DNA of 64,000 nt from Escherichia virus TH47. Location of the stretch: the sequence record MT446416.1; one strand, written 5' to 3'. This document shows positions 39,257 through 48,202 of this stretch, piece after piece; the first letter of the stretch is position 1; every line of letters begins with the position of its first letter. The position numbers were made by a program, and so were the translations under genes. The notes under the pieces were generated by a model. That model was not told where the DNA came from and made no database searches. It saw only the letters and a list, made by a program, of their open reading frames with translations.

Positions 39257-41251
39257 TTAATATTTTTTTGTGTATTTTATATTACCAGAGTTGTAAATCT
39301 TATAATATCCCAATACATCACAGCAAATTTGTCTCTCAGTTAAGTTAATATCATGACCTTTCTTGACCAATTTATGTTTTTGACATTTCTGACGTGAAAT
39401 CCTCTCATGTGTTTGTGGGTCATAATAAAAATATCCGGGTTCTGTATAGCTATCAAACTCAAAGCCAAGAACTGTATAAAGATCACCACTACTCCAATCC
39501 ATATCCGCATATGTCAATAATGATTGTGGATTATATACTGTTTCAAAATATTTTAGTAATTTTGATGCACCACCAACAACTGTACCGGATGAACAGTATC
39601 TGATTAATTCATATTCATAGTTTTTATCAAACCTTGATTTACCAAAGGTCATAACTGCAACTAAATCACTTCCATAGTAAAGTCCAATGTGAATACTTGC
39701 TTGTGCAACACCTTGAATATGGTGTGATTTAGTAAACATATTACTTACTTGTTTGTCTATATTTCTAACAGTACATTTTCTAGCATAAATTCTATTTGAC
39801 ACTAGAAGTTTATTCTTTAAACGTTCCTTGATAATTTTATTTGTTAATGGGTTATCCCATTCATCTTCATAAATGTGAATAAGATTCACCCCATGTTTTA
39901 AACAATCCAATACCTTATCTTGATGTTTAGTGGAATTTACATTTTCATCATTATGCCAATACACACCATTAAATTCAATAGCTAGATTACGGTCTGGGAT
40001 ATACACATCCAACTCTTTAGGTTTCAGCACTGAACGGTCGTTTTCTATAATTTGCATATTTTGTATTAATGATTTTATATAATCAACTAAATCTTTCTCT
40101 TTCAATGAATGACCATTATTTTTCTGACACTTACATTTCACTTTATGATTTTTATACTTACTATAAAACAATTCATCACAATACTCACACCAAAATGGGT
40201 ATTCGTCTGTATTAACTTTCATCATTAGGTCGGTGTTTTCAAATAATGGAATATAGTTTTTATCAATATTTGCAACAATGATATTATATCTTTCGTCTAG
40301 ACGAGCAAGTGACATTTTCTCTTTATACTCATCAGTCTGTGAGTAGTGTTCTGAACCATATCTATTTTTTGTGGTTTCTTTCATTTTTTCAATGATAGAA
40401 TTATTTTGGGCTGGGTGTTTTACACCATATCGCTCCACATTGGTATTATGAACTTTTTCCTGAACACTCATATTGCTCATTGGGTAAAATGAATTATACT
40501 TCAACGTGTTGGTGTTTTTTATTTTATCTTGGACAATTTTATTTGATAGTGGATTGCCACCATATCGTTCAAGATTTGTTTTATTGATTTTTTCACGAAT
40601 CGTCGGTGATGATAAAGAATACTCAGCACCGTATCTTAATATATTTGTGTTTTTGGCTTTCTCTTTTACTTCATTTCTTTTGCTTTGGAATTCAACACCA
40701 TACTTTTTTAAATTTGTTGCTTTTACTTTATTGAATATTTCAGAGTTTTGGTTTGGATATTCACAACCATATCGCTCTATATTAGTTTGTTTGATTTTAT
40801 CTTTAGTTTCTGATGTTTGTAAATTAGATGAGACACCATAACGCTCAATGTTAGTTTTTTCTTTCTTTTGTTTTACTTCTTGTATTTGGGACACATTAGA
40901 TACACCATACATATCCATTAATGTTGATTTTGTTTTATTAGTTCGATTTTTATAATACATTTCATGGCATACATTACATGTATTTTTCTTATTAATCACA
41001 TAGTCATCACAAAATTTATAAAATCCTTTTTGGAAATTTTTGTATCTTGCTTTTTTTCCGCAATATGCAGTTGGAACGGTTGTTATATCATTCATGAACA
41101 TATATAGAATTTTATATATTTCGAAATCAGTTTTTGGTTCTATTCCAAAAGTAGAAAGGAGAACCCTCACACGAGAGTCCCCTTTGTATAAATGTACCCA
41201 TGAATTAATATGTTTTGACAACAAAAGTTTTTTTAATTCTTCATTGTTCAT
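39257..41251 (-). CDS. homing-endonuclease-like protein with ten ~23-aa RYG repeats and a Vsr-like nuclease domain
   Basis: Cys-rich N-terminus; ten ~23-aa R/K-Y-G/N repeats; C-terminal LAIEFNGVYWH motif typical of PD-(D/E)xK homing-endonuclease-like domains. Confidence 0.6.
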   Translation of the reverse strand: MNNEELKKLLLSKHINSWVHLYKGDSRVRVLLSTFGIEPKTDFEIYKILYMFMNDITTVPTAYCGKKARYKNFQKGFYKFCDDYVINKKNTCNVCHEMYYKNRTNKTKSTLMDMYGVSNVSQIQEVKQKKEKTNIERYGVSSNLQTSETKDKIKQTNIERYGCEYPNQNSEIFNKVKATNLKKYGVEFQSKRNEVKEKAKNTNILRYGAEYSLSSPTIREKINKTNLERYGGNPLSNKIVQDKIKNTNTLKYNSFYPMSNMSVQEKVHNTNVERYGVKHPAQNNSIIEKMKETTKNRYGSEHYSQTDEYKEKMSLARLDERYNIIVANIDKNYIPLFENTDLMMKVNTDEYPFWCEYCDELFYSKYKNHKVKCKCQKNNGHSLKEKDLVDYIKSLIQNMQIIENDRSVLKPKELDVYIPDRNLAIEFNGVYWHNDENVNSTKHQDKVLDCLKHGVNLIHIYEDEWDNPLTNKIIKERLKNKLLVSNRIYARKCTVRNIDKQVSNMFTKSHHIQGVAQASIHIGLYYGSDLVAVMTFGKSRFDKNYEYELIRYCSSGTVVGGASKLLKYFETVYNPQSLLTYADMDWSSGDLYTVLGFEFDSYTEPGYFYYDPQTHERISRQKCQKHKLVKKGHDINLTERQICCDVLGYYKIYNSGNIKYTKKY
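40277..40939 (-). repeat. in-frame ~69-bp tandem repeats encoding the RYG modules
   Basis: RYG/KYG/RYN recur every 22-24 residues (protein positions ~115-323). Confidence 0.6.
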
Positions 41252-41277
41252 ATAGTTCTCTTTTTAAATGTTTAAAT

Positions 41278-42069
41278 TTATCCGATAATCATTCCAAGTG
41301 GTTCCCCACCATCTTTATATCGCTTCAACTGTTCTTTTAGTTGTTCTTGTAATTGGATACCTTCATTTCTTAATGTATCACCATCCATTGAAAATGTCCC
41401 TTGCGGTCCAGGCAATGAAGCAAACTTAGCACGGTTACGACCAAGCATAATCATTGCTTCAGACAATGCCCAATCACGAAGCCACGGGTAACTTTGCTGA
41501 CGTTGGAATAACAATGGTTCTGGGATGTTATGATATACATGTAATAATACTTCTTCTGTACCACGAATATCACGATCAATAATAAGTTTCTTAGTCATTT
41601 GGTTGAATTGGAATATAATTTCACGTCCAAACATACGACCAACCAATTCTTGAAATTGAAAGCTGAAATCATATGTTGTTAGGTCATATCCACCTGCATT
41701 CCTAGCAGACGTCAATAGATATGTATTTGTGAATGCCAATGAGAATGGGTCTACGCTGTTACCTGACCCAGAACTTAAATAACCATTACCATAACGATAA
41801 ATCTTTTTAACAATTTCTACTTCTGTTGGTAGCATATATACCGATTGTGAATCATAAAATTTCATATTTAAAAATGCTTCTTCTTTAGAAGCAGAACTCC
41901 ACGCTCTGTAATTTGATACAGCATTATCAATTGCAATTTCTAATTGACCATCAGTAATTTCTACCTCAACTGCACCTGCTCCCAACATTTGAGTGATAAC
42001 ATCTTTCAGTTTTTCACGATGATCAAAATTAGGAGCATCTGGGTTTCCACCCATATAATTGTAAGACAT
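41278..42069 (-). CDS. hypothetical protein
   Basis: 263-aa ORF; its GAGGTG SD lies in the 3' arm of the upstream hairpin. Confidence 0.5.
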   Translation of the reverse strand: MSYNYMGGNPDAPNFDHREKLKDVITQMLGAGAVEVEITDGQLEIAIDNAVSNYRAWSSASKEEAFLNMKFYDSQSVYMLPTEVEIVKKIYRYGNGYLSSGSGNSVDPFSLAFTNTYLLTSARNAGGYDLTTYDFSFQFQELVGRMFGREIIFQFNQMTKKLIIDRDIRGTEEVLLHVYHNIPEPLLFQRQQSYPWLRDWALSEAMIMLGRNRAKFASLPGPQGTFSMDGDTLRNEGIQLQEQLKEQLKRYKDGGEPLGMIIG

Positions 42070-42075
42070 AAAAAA

Positions 42076-42117
42076 AGCACCTCATTAATGTTTATATATA
42101 CATTATTTAGAGGTGCT
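42076..42117 (-). promoter_or_regulatory. SD-sequestering hairpin with TAAATA late-like motif in its loop
   Basis: Stem agcacctc/gaggtgct; 3' arm contains the SD; loop carries TAAATA 34 nt upstream of ATG 42069. Confidence 0.45.
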
Positions 42118-42122
42118 AATAC

Positions 42123-42350
42123 TTATTTTGAATTATACAAGCAGTACAGGTATACCAACGGAGTAAAATGTTCTGAATCTATAGCATATATTAACTGTGT
42201 AACATATATTCCGTATAAATCTCGACTTTTATCTCGGTACATTAACAATGAATTATTAAAGTATGGGTCAACCCAGTACTTTATATTATTTAACATCAAT
42301 GTATTGTTTCTGTATCCTGATAATTTTAAGCATTTAGCCAACTTTTTCAC
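42123..42350 (-). CDS. possible small ORF (75 aa), uncertain
   Basis: GTG start, overlaps upstream gene by 17 nt, no clear SD. Confidence 0.25.
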   Translation of the reverse strand: MKKLAKCLKLSGYRNNTLMLNNIKYWVDPYFNNSLLMYRDKSRDLYGIYVTQLIYAIDSEHFTPLVYLYCLYNSK

Positions 42351-42711
42351 AATTACTTAGTAAGTGTGTGATTACATCGGCAGTGAATGGTCCTAGAACT
42401 AAAACTTCTTCTCCATTACCGAAGATACTCAATGGTACAGATTGTTGTCCTGCTAGATATTCGATTTGTTCTAATTCGAAAATGTCATCAGCAGCATAAA
42501 CAACCTGTTCCATTTCATTATCTTTAATCCATGACTGCCAATGTTCTTTAAACTGCTTCGCTTCGTATTCCAGCACATAGTTAGGTGATTCTGGATTGTA
42601 CTGATGTAGCATTGTCATACCAGCCATGACCAGTTCTTTTGGTGATGGAGTAGAATCTTTCAGTACTACGATAGCTTGGATAGTTTTAACTTTAACGTTT
42701 TGAGCAGCCAT
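42334..42711 (-). CDS. hypothetical protein
   Basis: 125-aa ORF with AGAGGT SD. Confidence 0.5.
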   Translation of the reverse strand: MAAQNVKVKTIQAIVVLKDSTPSPKELVMAGMTMLHQYNPESPNYVLEYEAKQFKEHWQSWIKDNEMEQVVYAADDIFELEQIEYLAGQQSVPLSIFGNGEEVLVLGPFTADVITHLLSNCEKVG

Positions 42712-42723
42712 TAGATACCTCTA

Positions 42724-43032
42724 TTATAGAATGATTTTGTTATCAGGAACAATCAGTGCTGGTTTTTCTTCGATAGCCTTGATTGCTTCAACATAAGCTT
42801 CAACTAGTGCAGGGTTTGCATCACTGATGCTGATGATGTTGGATTTATAAAAAATAACGCCTTTTTCAGAACTAATGAATTCTAGGTAATCACGTAGAAT
42901 GATTTCACCTTGTTCGTCAGTACCTAGCTGTGCTGGGTAGTTAACTACTACTGCTTCAGGTGCATCATTTTGTAGAATTGCTAGTACTGGGCCAACGCTG
43001 TTGATGTTTAGTAGTTTAACGGTCATAGTCAT
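42724..43032 (-). CDS. hypothetical protein
   Basis: Start placed at ATG 43032 rather than TTG 43041. Confidence 0.45.
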   Translation of the reverse strand: MTMTVKLLNINSVGPVLAILQNDAPEAVVVNYPAQLGTDEQGEIILRDYLEFISSEKGVIFYKSNIISISDANPALVEAYVEAIKAIEEKPALIVPDNKIIL

Positions 43033-43051
43033 TTTTGTCAAGTCCTTTTGT

Positions 43052-43528
43052 TTATTTTATAATGTATAAGTGTTTTTCTGCATTAACCAGTCTGTGGTCA
43101 ATGATTTCTTTGATAACGTTCCAGTTACCACCGCCTAAATCGGCTCCAATTTTCGGGAAGTGTACATGAACAGTGCGTTCAACGTTACATAAGTAATTGA
43201 GTTGTTTGAAAACATCATCGATTGCATCATAACTCACATACTTAGAACCGTCATTACCATAGTACTTTTGGGTAATGCAGTTTGCGATAAGCAAATCATC
43301 ACTTATAGAAGAATATGAAATTTGTCCTGTTCTTAGAAATCCCATTTCCTTTTCATATGCTTTATAATCATCATATGCCATCGGGTAACGATTTCTTAGT
43401 TCTTTTGCAAAACCCGAACCCATCTTACCCTGTGCATTACAACCATGAGCGATTATATGCAACGCGGTTTGATCATCAGTAACAGTGTTGAACAATTCAA
43501 ACAAATTACCTAGGTGTTCATGTATCAT
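43052..43528 (-). CDS. macro-domain-like protein (ADP-ribose binding/processing fold)
   Basis: HGCNAQGKMGSGFA and FPKIGADLGGGNW resemble the two glycine-rich macro-domain motifs; GGAGAA SD. Confidence 0.55.
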   Translation of the reverse strand: MIHEHLGNLFELFNTVTDDQTALHIIAHGCNAQGKMGSGFAKELRNRYPMAYDDYKAYEKEMGFLRTGQISYSSISDDLLIANCITQKYYGNDGSKYVSYDAIDDVFKQLNYLCNVERTVHVHFPKIGADLGGGNWNVIKEIIDHRLVNAEKHLYIIK

Positions 43529-43537
43529 TATATTCTC

Positions 43538-43567
43538 CGAAAAGAAAGGACTCTGTAATCAGAGTCC
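43538..43567 (-). terminator. rho-independent terminator/attenuator
   Basis: ggactct/agagtcc stem followed by tttcttttc on minus strand, immediately before the macro gene SD. Confidence 0.5.
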
Positions 43568-43579
43568 TTAATTTATATT

Positions 43580-43837
43580 TTATTCTTCTTCACCGAATCG
43601 AATTTTTTTCAATTCTTTTCGTTGTTTGCGAGCAATGGTACTTTTGTGAAGTCTATTACCACGTTTTGTGTCTTTCGTGATGTACCATGAATCTTCTGGT
43701 GCATTATAATCACAATAACCATCTTCTGTAATCGTCCCTAAGAAAGCAGACTTTTTAGGAATGGATGTTTGAGCTTTAGCAGCGAATTGGCCTTTTGCTA
43801 ATTGTTCACGAAAACTGAGCATAATAGTATCTCCCAA
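43580..43837 (-). CDS. hypothetical basic protein
   Basis: 85-aa ORF, Lys/Arg-rich C-terminus. Confidence 0.4.
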   Translation of the reverse strand: MGDTIMLSFREQLAKGQFAAKAQTSIPKKSAFLGTITEDGYCDYNAPEDSWYITKDTKRGNRLHKSTIARKQRKELKKIRFGEEE

Positions 43838-43867
43838 ATTGTTACGAAGAACTTGTGTTCTTCATTA

Positions 43868-44110
43868 TTATTTAGGGTTGCTCGAAACCTCTACTGAAGC
43901 GATGAATGCCAAAATATCATCTTTACTGAAAGCTTCAATAATATAAGCAACCGCTTTATCGTACTGTTCTTTCTTAGTAGTGTATTCTTTCATTTTGTGA
44001 ATTTTACGTTGTGCTTTAACTTTTGCAGCTTCCATATCAGGCATTTTAAATTCAACACCCAATGTGTCAGCTAAATGTTTTGCACGAGATGATACTTTAT
44101 CAATATTCAT
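43868..44110 (-). CDS. hypothetical protein
   Basis: 80-aa ORF. Confidence 0.4.
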   Translation of the reverse strand: MNIDKVSSRAKHLADTLGVEFKMPDMEAAKVKAQRKIHKMKEYTTKKEQYDKAVAYIIEAFSKDDILAFIASVEVSSNPK

Positions 44111-44358
44111 TAATTCCAGCGACCTTCTTTAAGACCTTCAACGAAACCAGTACAGCCACCTGGAACGTAAACATCGTTTACGAAAATTTGTGGAACCTGT
44201 CGTACTGGCTCGCCACATAGTTCAGATAGTTTAGCACCATCAATACCAGCGGTAACAATATCGATAAACTCCATATCAAATTTGTTATTTTCACATACTG
44301 CTTTTGCAGTGTCGCAGAATTTACAACCAGTAGTGCGACCATAAATTTTAACTTTCAT
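44110..44358 (-). CDS. glutaredoxin/NrdC-like redoxin
   Basis: CKFC active-site CxxC near N-terminus and PQIFVND...GG motif. Confidence 0.65.
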   Translation of the reverse strand: MKVKIYGRTTGCKFCDTAKAVCENNKFDMEFIDIVTAGIDGAKLSELCGEPVRQVPQIFVNDVYVPGGCTGFVEGLKEGRWN

Positions 44359-44758
44359 TTCTTTTCCCTTTATTTCGTTGAAACATCGTAACAGCCTTTA
44401 TTATACTGTTACACATTCGTTCAGTCAAATACTTTTGACAATCTAGTACATCAATGTACATGAACTTATCCAATTCTGGGTGACTTCTACCATATCGGTT
44501 TGTGTAAGTACTCTTACACTCTAACTCTTCTGGTATAGGCTTATCTTTGGCTGTATAGAAAAATAAAACTAAACGTTTCCCCTTTCTATACGATACATCA
44601 CCAAGAAACAGAAGATCATCTTCATCGATTTCATATCCTGTCTCTTCGTAGCATTCGCGAACAGCAGCCTCTTTAAATGTTTCTGTACCTTCAGTTTTAC
44701 CTTTAGGTAAGTCCCAGTGATTCTGTCCGTGTTGTATGCCCGATAAGTATCTGACCAT
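44348..44758 (-). CDS. Nudix hydrolase (second copy)
   Basis: Nudix box GKTEGTETFKEAAVRECYEETGY; start ATG 44758 very close to a -10 element (possible short leader). Confidence 0.65.
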   Translation of the reverse strand: MVRYLSGIQHGQNHWDLPKGKTEGTETFKEAAVRECYEETGYEIDEDDLLFLGDVSYRKGKRLVLFFYTAKDKPIPEELECKSTYTNRYGRSHPELDKFMYIDVLDCQKYLTERMCNSIIKAVTMFQRNKGKRNES

Positions 44759-44834
44759 CACGATAAAATATTATACCACAACTATAACGCATAATCTTAT
44801 CTCTTTATCATCAAGTGATGTTCAGATACTAGTA

Positions 44835-44862
44835 ATTATATCAGAAGATGTTAACTTGTCCC
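44835..44862 (-). promoter_or_regulatory. promoter GGGACA-N16-TGaTATAAT
   Basis: Minus-strand GGGACAagttaacatcttctgaTATAAT just after the CCA-enzyme stop; a second TGgTATAAT lies at 44770-44778. Confidence 0.55.
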
Positions 44863-44867
44863 AGCTT

Positions 44868-45983
44868 TTAGAACATTTGCTTGATTGCTTCAATACGCAA
44901 TTCAGCAACAAAATCACGAATCTCTGATGTTTGGAGTTCACCATCTTTCACTAACTGCTGAATATCAGGTAATTCAACATCAGTATAACGATCATAAACT
45001 TTAATAATCAAATCTTCAAGATCAGAATCAATTTCTTTGTTCAAAATGAAGTTTTCCAGTACTTTGTAAAGGAAATCTTCGCCACCATTGTTTTTGATAT
45101 TCATCTCCAGTAAGATTTGTCCCATTTCAACGGGGGTCTTCTTACGGAAGGTTTTAATATCTTCACGGAAACGCTTGATGTAATTACTAAACTTCACGTA
45201 CTTAACTGGAACCTTAATAGAACCATTAAGTACTGAATCATTATTTACTTCTTCATTTTCAAGAAGTACTGTCCATAAGAAATATGGTTTATATTCTTCT
45301 GTACAATTTGCAGCGATAGCATCAATTAATTCCAGACGTTTCTTGGTAACTGGAACTGTAGTAAATGCCTTTTCGTAATAACCAAATTGTACCAGAGTTT
45401 TGATAAACTTGGAAGGGTTTTCTTCAGAAAGTGCTTTTTCGAATTCAACAAAAACACGATCTGGAACTAGATGGTCTAGTTCACCAGTACTAACCATATC
45501 TTTACACATTGTCATAGTATCATCATGGATTGTAAAGTCTGAGTAACGTGTAGCGAAACGTGCCAAACGTAGTACACGCAATGGATCTTCTTTAAAGTGT
45601 TCTGATACATGACGAAGTACTTTGTTCTTGATATCAGCTTTCCCGCCATAAGGGTCGATGTGAATCTGGAGTACTGGATCATACGCTATGCTATTTACCG
45701 TAATATCCCTTCTGTATAGATCTTGCTCTAGTGTCACGCCTTTAGTATTCACTTCGAAGCCACCGTAGCCAGTACCAGTTTTACGTTCGGTACGTGCCAA
45801 TGCGTGCTCATTACCCTCTGGACTTAGATACACTGGAAAATCCTTACCTACTTGCTTATAGCCAATACTTTGTAAGTACTTAATATCGGATTCGGTAGCA
45901 CCGACAATGACATAATCTTTGTCTTTTGCACGAATACCCATTAAACGGTCCCTCACATAGCCGCCCACCAAATACTTTTTCAT
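44868..45983 (-). CDS. cca: tRNA nucleotidyltransferase (CCA-adding enzyme), head domain only
   Basis: YLVGGYVRD...KDKDYV, EHALARTERK, GYGGF, TLEQDLYRRDITVNS, EDPLRVLRLARF match E. coli Cca as recalled; no HD domain. Confidence 0.85.
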   Translation of the reverse strand: MKKYLVGGYVRDRLMGIRAKDKDYVIVGATESDIKYLQSIGYKQVGKDFPVYLSPEGNEHALARTERKTGTGYGGFEVNTKGVTLEQDLYRRDITVNSIAYDPVLQIHIDPYGGKADIKNKVLRHVSEHFKEDPLRVLRLARFATRYSDFTIHDDTMTMCKDMVSTGELDHLVPDRVFVEFEKALSEENPSKFIKTLVQFGYYEKAFTTVPVTKKRLELIDAIAANCTEEYKPYFLWTVLLENEEVNNDSVLNGSIKVPVKYVKFSNYIKRFREDIKTFRKKTPVEMGQILLEMNIKNNGGEDFLYKVLENFILNKEIDSDLEDLIIKVYDRYTDVELPDIQQLVKDGELQTSEIRDFVAELRIEAIKQMF

Positions 45984-47047
45984 AATATACCTTCCTCTGA
46001 AAGATGTTTTTTTAATACAGTTAAGTGGTCTTCATAATATGTTACACGTATTAATTTAATAAAATTCTTTTCACAATATTGTGTCTTTATAGTATCGTTA
46101 TCCTTGATGTTTTTCAATTTATCTTCTCCACCCCAATGAGGTGATTTCTCAAAATGTTGTTTACCATCATACTCAATACAAATATCATAATCAACCAAAT
46201 AAAAATCAAATCTTAATAACATTTTATTTTTACAGTCACTAAATGTTTGTTCTTTATTAAATTTTATACCATTTTCAATTAAAAAACGTGTTATTTCTCT
46301 ACTAGCTCTGGATTCAGTATGTTCAGATGAGCATATTGGGCAACCTTGTTTTTTATTTTTTGCTATATGAAAATTTGGAATGATATAAAAAGAATTATTA
46401 TGTTTTTTACAAATTATTTCAACATGAGTGCTACTATTAATGTAGATGACTTTTGAATAGTCATATACATTACCATGAATTTCTTTTGCTCGTTCAACAA
46501 ATTCAGCGGTGGTGAATGCGTGTGCTAATCTGGTTTTTTCAAATCGACAAATAGAGCAACCCTGACCACTTTGTATATTACTAATTTCCATTTCATCAAC
46601 GTGACCACATTTTAAGCATTTATAAGTTAATTTGGTTCTTTTATCTTTAATTATTGGTTGTTCTAAAAGTAATTCACATTCACCAGTCATTAGACTTTTT
46701 GAAGTCTTATAAAGATAATATCTATAATTTGCATTGTCATATTTCCCAATGATATATTTCATACCTTTCGTTTTTATATCATTTATATTTCTTTTTGTAT
46801 ATATAATACCATCTTTTTCAACAACAGTTCTTGTAAAACTAGATTTCCATTCATCACTTGATGTTATAGCAAATCCTAAAATATTATATCCTTTTTCTAT
46901 TATTTCTTCAAAATGTTCTTTAGGTGTTTTTGATGTTTTAATTAATTTTGGTGATAAATCTTCGGGACGCATCCATTCGAAACGCATACCTAATTCTTCA
47001 TGGAAATATACCTTCTCGTTATTTTCATTAAAATAAAATTTATACAT
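45980..47047 (-). CDS. homing-endonuclease-like protein (zinc ribbons plus Vsr-like nuclease motif)
   Basis: CLKCGH...CSIC and CPIC zinc-ribbon pairs; RFDFYLVDYDICIEYDGKQHF motif shared with the 39257-41251 protein. Confidence 0.55.
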   Translation of the reverse strand: MYKFYFNENNEKVYFHEELGMRFEWMRPEDLSPKLIKTSKTPKEHFEEIIEKGYNILGFAITSSDEWKSSFTRTVVEKDGIIYTKRNINDIKTKGMKYIIGKYDNANYRYYLYKTSKSLMTGECELLLEQPIIKDKRTKLTYKCLKCGHVDEMEISNIQSGQGCSICRFEKTRLAHAFTTAEFVERAKEIHGNVYDYSKVIYINSSTHVEIICKKHNNSFYIIPNFHIAKNKKQGCPICSSEHTESRASREITRFLIENGIKFNKEQTFSDCKNKMLLRFDFYLVDYDICIEYDGKQHFEKSPHWGGEDKLKNIKDNDTIKTQYCEKNFIKLIRVTYYEDHLTVLKKHLSEEGIL

Positions 47048-47190
47048 TTTCTAATCTTATTCCCCCATCAACCAATCAAGCAAATGTTCCCAGAATCCTT
47101 TAGGCTTATATTCTGGGTATTCATATTCATCAGTTCCTTGTTCGGAAACACCCCAATCTTCTTCTAATACTGTAACCACAATGCCTCCAA

Positions 47191-47613
47191 TTAAATCAAT
47201 CTGTCACGTAGACGGTCGTAATATTTTGCATGTATATCTAGTATACACTGAAATGATGGATAGTCAATACTAAATGTATCATCAATGAACATGTACTGAT
47301 CAAGTGTTTCAGGACCATTATCAACAACTGGCAATGAACCTTCTTTTTTTGACAGTGTGTTCCACATCAACTCACATGTAGTATCGAAAATTGCGTATGT
47401 TAATTCTATCTTACTTTTTCTAAGTGTAATTAATAATTCATCATTCTCTTCTAACGAGTTTCGTATTTTTATACGTACAGTACCCTGAAATTTATTAGTG
47501 GTTAGTACTCTATATTGATTATACGAAATTATACCTCGTATTTCAGTACTGATTTCTTGTTCAGAAAAGAACCTTACTGTACTGTGGAAATTTGGTATTT
47601 TACGAATGTCCAT
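47191..47613 (-). CDS. hypothetical protein, paralog of next gene
   Basis: Shares QYxFIDDTF(S/G)xD(Y/F) motif with 47600-48013. Confidence 0.45.
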   Translation of the reverse strand: MDIRKIPNFHSTVRFFSEQEISTEIRGIISYNQYRVLTTNKFQGTVRIKIRNSLEENDELLITLRKSKIELTYAIFDTTCELMWNTLSKKEGSLPVVDNGPETLDQYMFIDDTFSIDYPSFQCILDIHAKYYDRLRDRLI

Positions 47614-48013
47614 TCAAATTCCTTTCGTATATATGGTATACGTTCATTATACTATTATATAGATCAAAGTCAAATCCAAATGTGTCATCAATGAACTGAT
47701 ATTGTAGATATTCTTCATATGAAGCATCAATTGGTAATGAGCCATTACGCACATCATCTGATTTAAAATCGTCAATGTATCTTAATGTTATGTCTTCATC
47801 AACCGTGATATCTATCATCAACGTATCGTCACTGTACCATAGGTTGTGTATACGGATGTAAAGTCTCTTAGCACGATTAAACCAAGATACATTGGTATAG
47901 CGATGAAGTTTGTCTAAATTGAAGAAAAAACCTGACTCGTTCTTACTTATGTTTTTAATATGTTCTGCAATCGGTTCAATTATATGAACAATGTTGAATG
48001 TTTTCATAAACAA
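47600..48013 (-). CDS. hypothetical protein, paralog of previous gene
   Basis: Shared C-terminal motif; tandem arrangement. Confidence 0.45.
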   Translation of the reverse strand: MFMKTFNIVHIIEPIAEHIKNISKNESGFFFNLDKLHRYTNVSWFNRAKRLYIRIHNLWYSDDTLMIDITVDEDITLRYIDDFKSDDVRNGSLPIDASYEEYLQYQFIDDTFGFDFDLYNSIMNVYHIYERNLNGHS

Positions 48014-48189
48014 ATCTCATAACGGTTTGTGTTTGGATTGTAGCAATAGGTATCATTAATTTTAACACCAGGTTTAAGTGTGATGGTTGTACCTACTTCA
48101 GTACTGGGTTCCGCATCACAGTAAATCATCACACCAACTCCTGCGAGTAAGGCTATGATACATACAATTACACATATGGTATATTCCAT
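48004..48189 (-). CDS. small single-TM membrane protein (holin-like candidate)
   Basis: Hydrophobic segment ICVIVCIIALLAGVGVMIY; GAGGAA SD. Confidence 0.35.
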   Translation of the reverse strand: MEYTICVIVCIIALLAGVGVMIYCDAEPSTEVGTTITLKPGVKINDTYCYNPNTNRYEICL

Positions 48190-48202
48190 TTCAATTCCTC
48201 GG

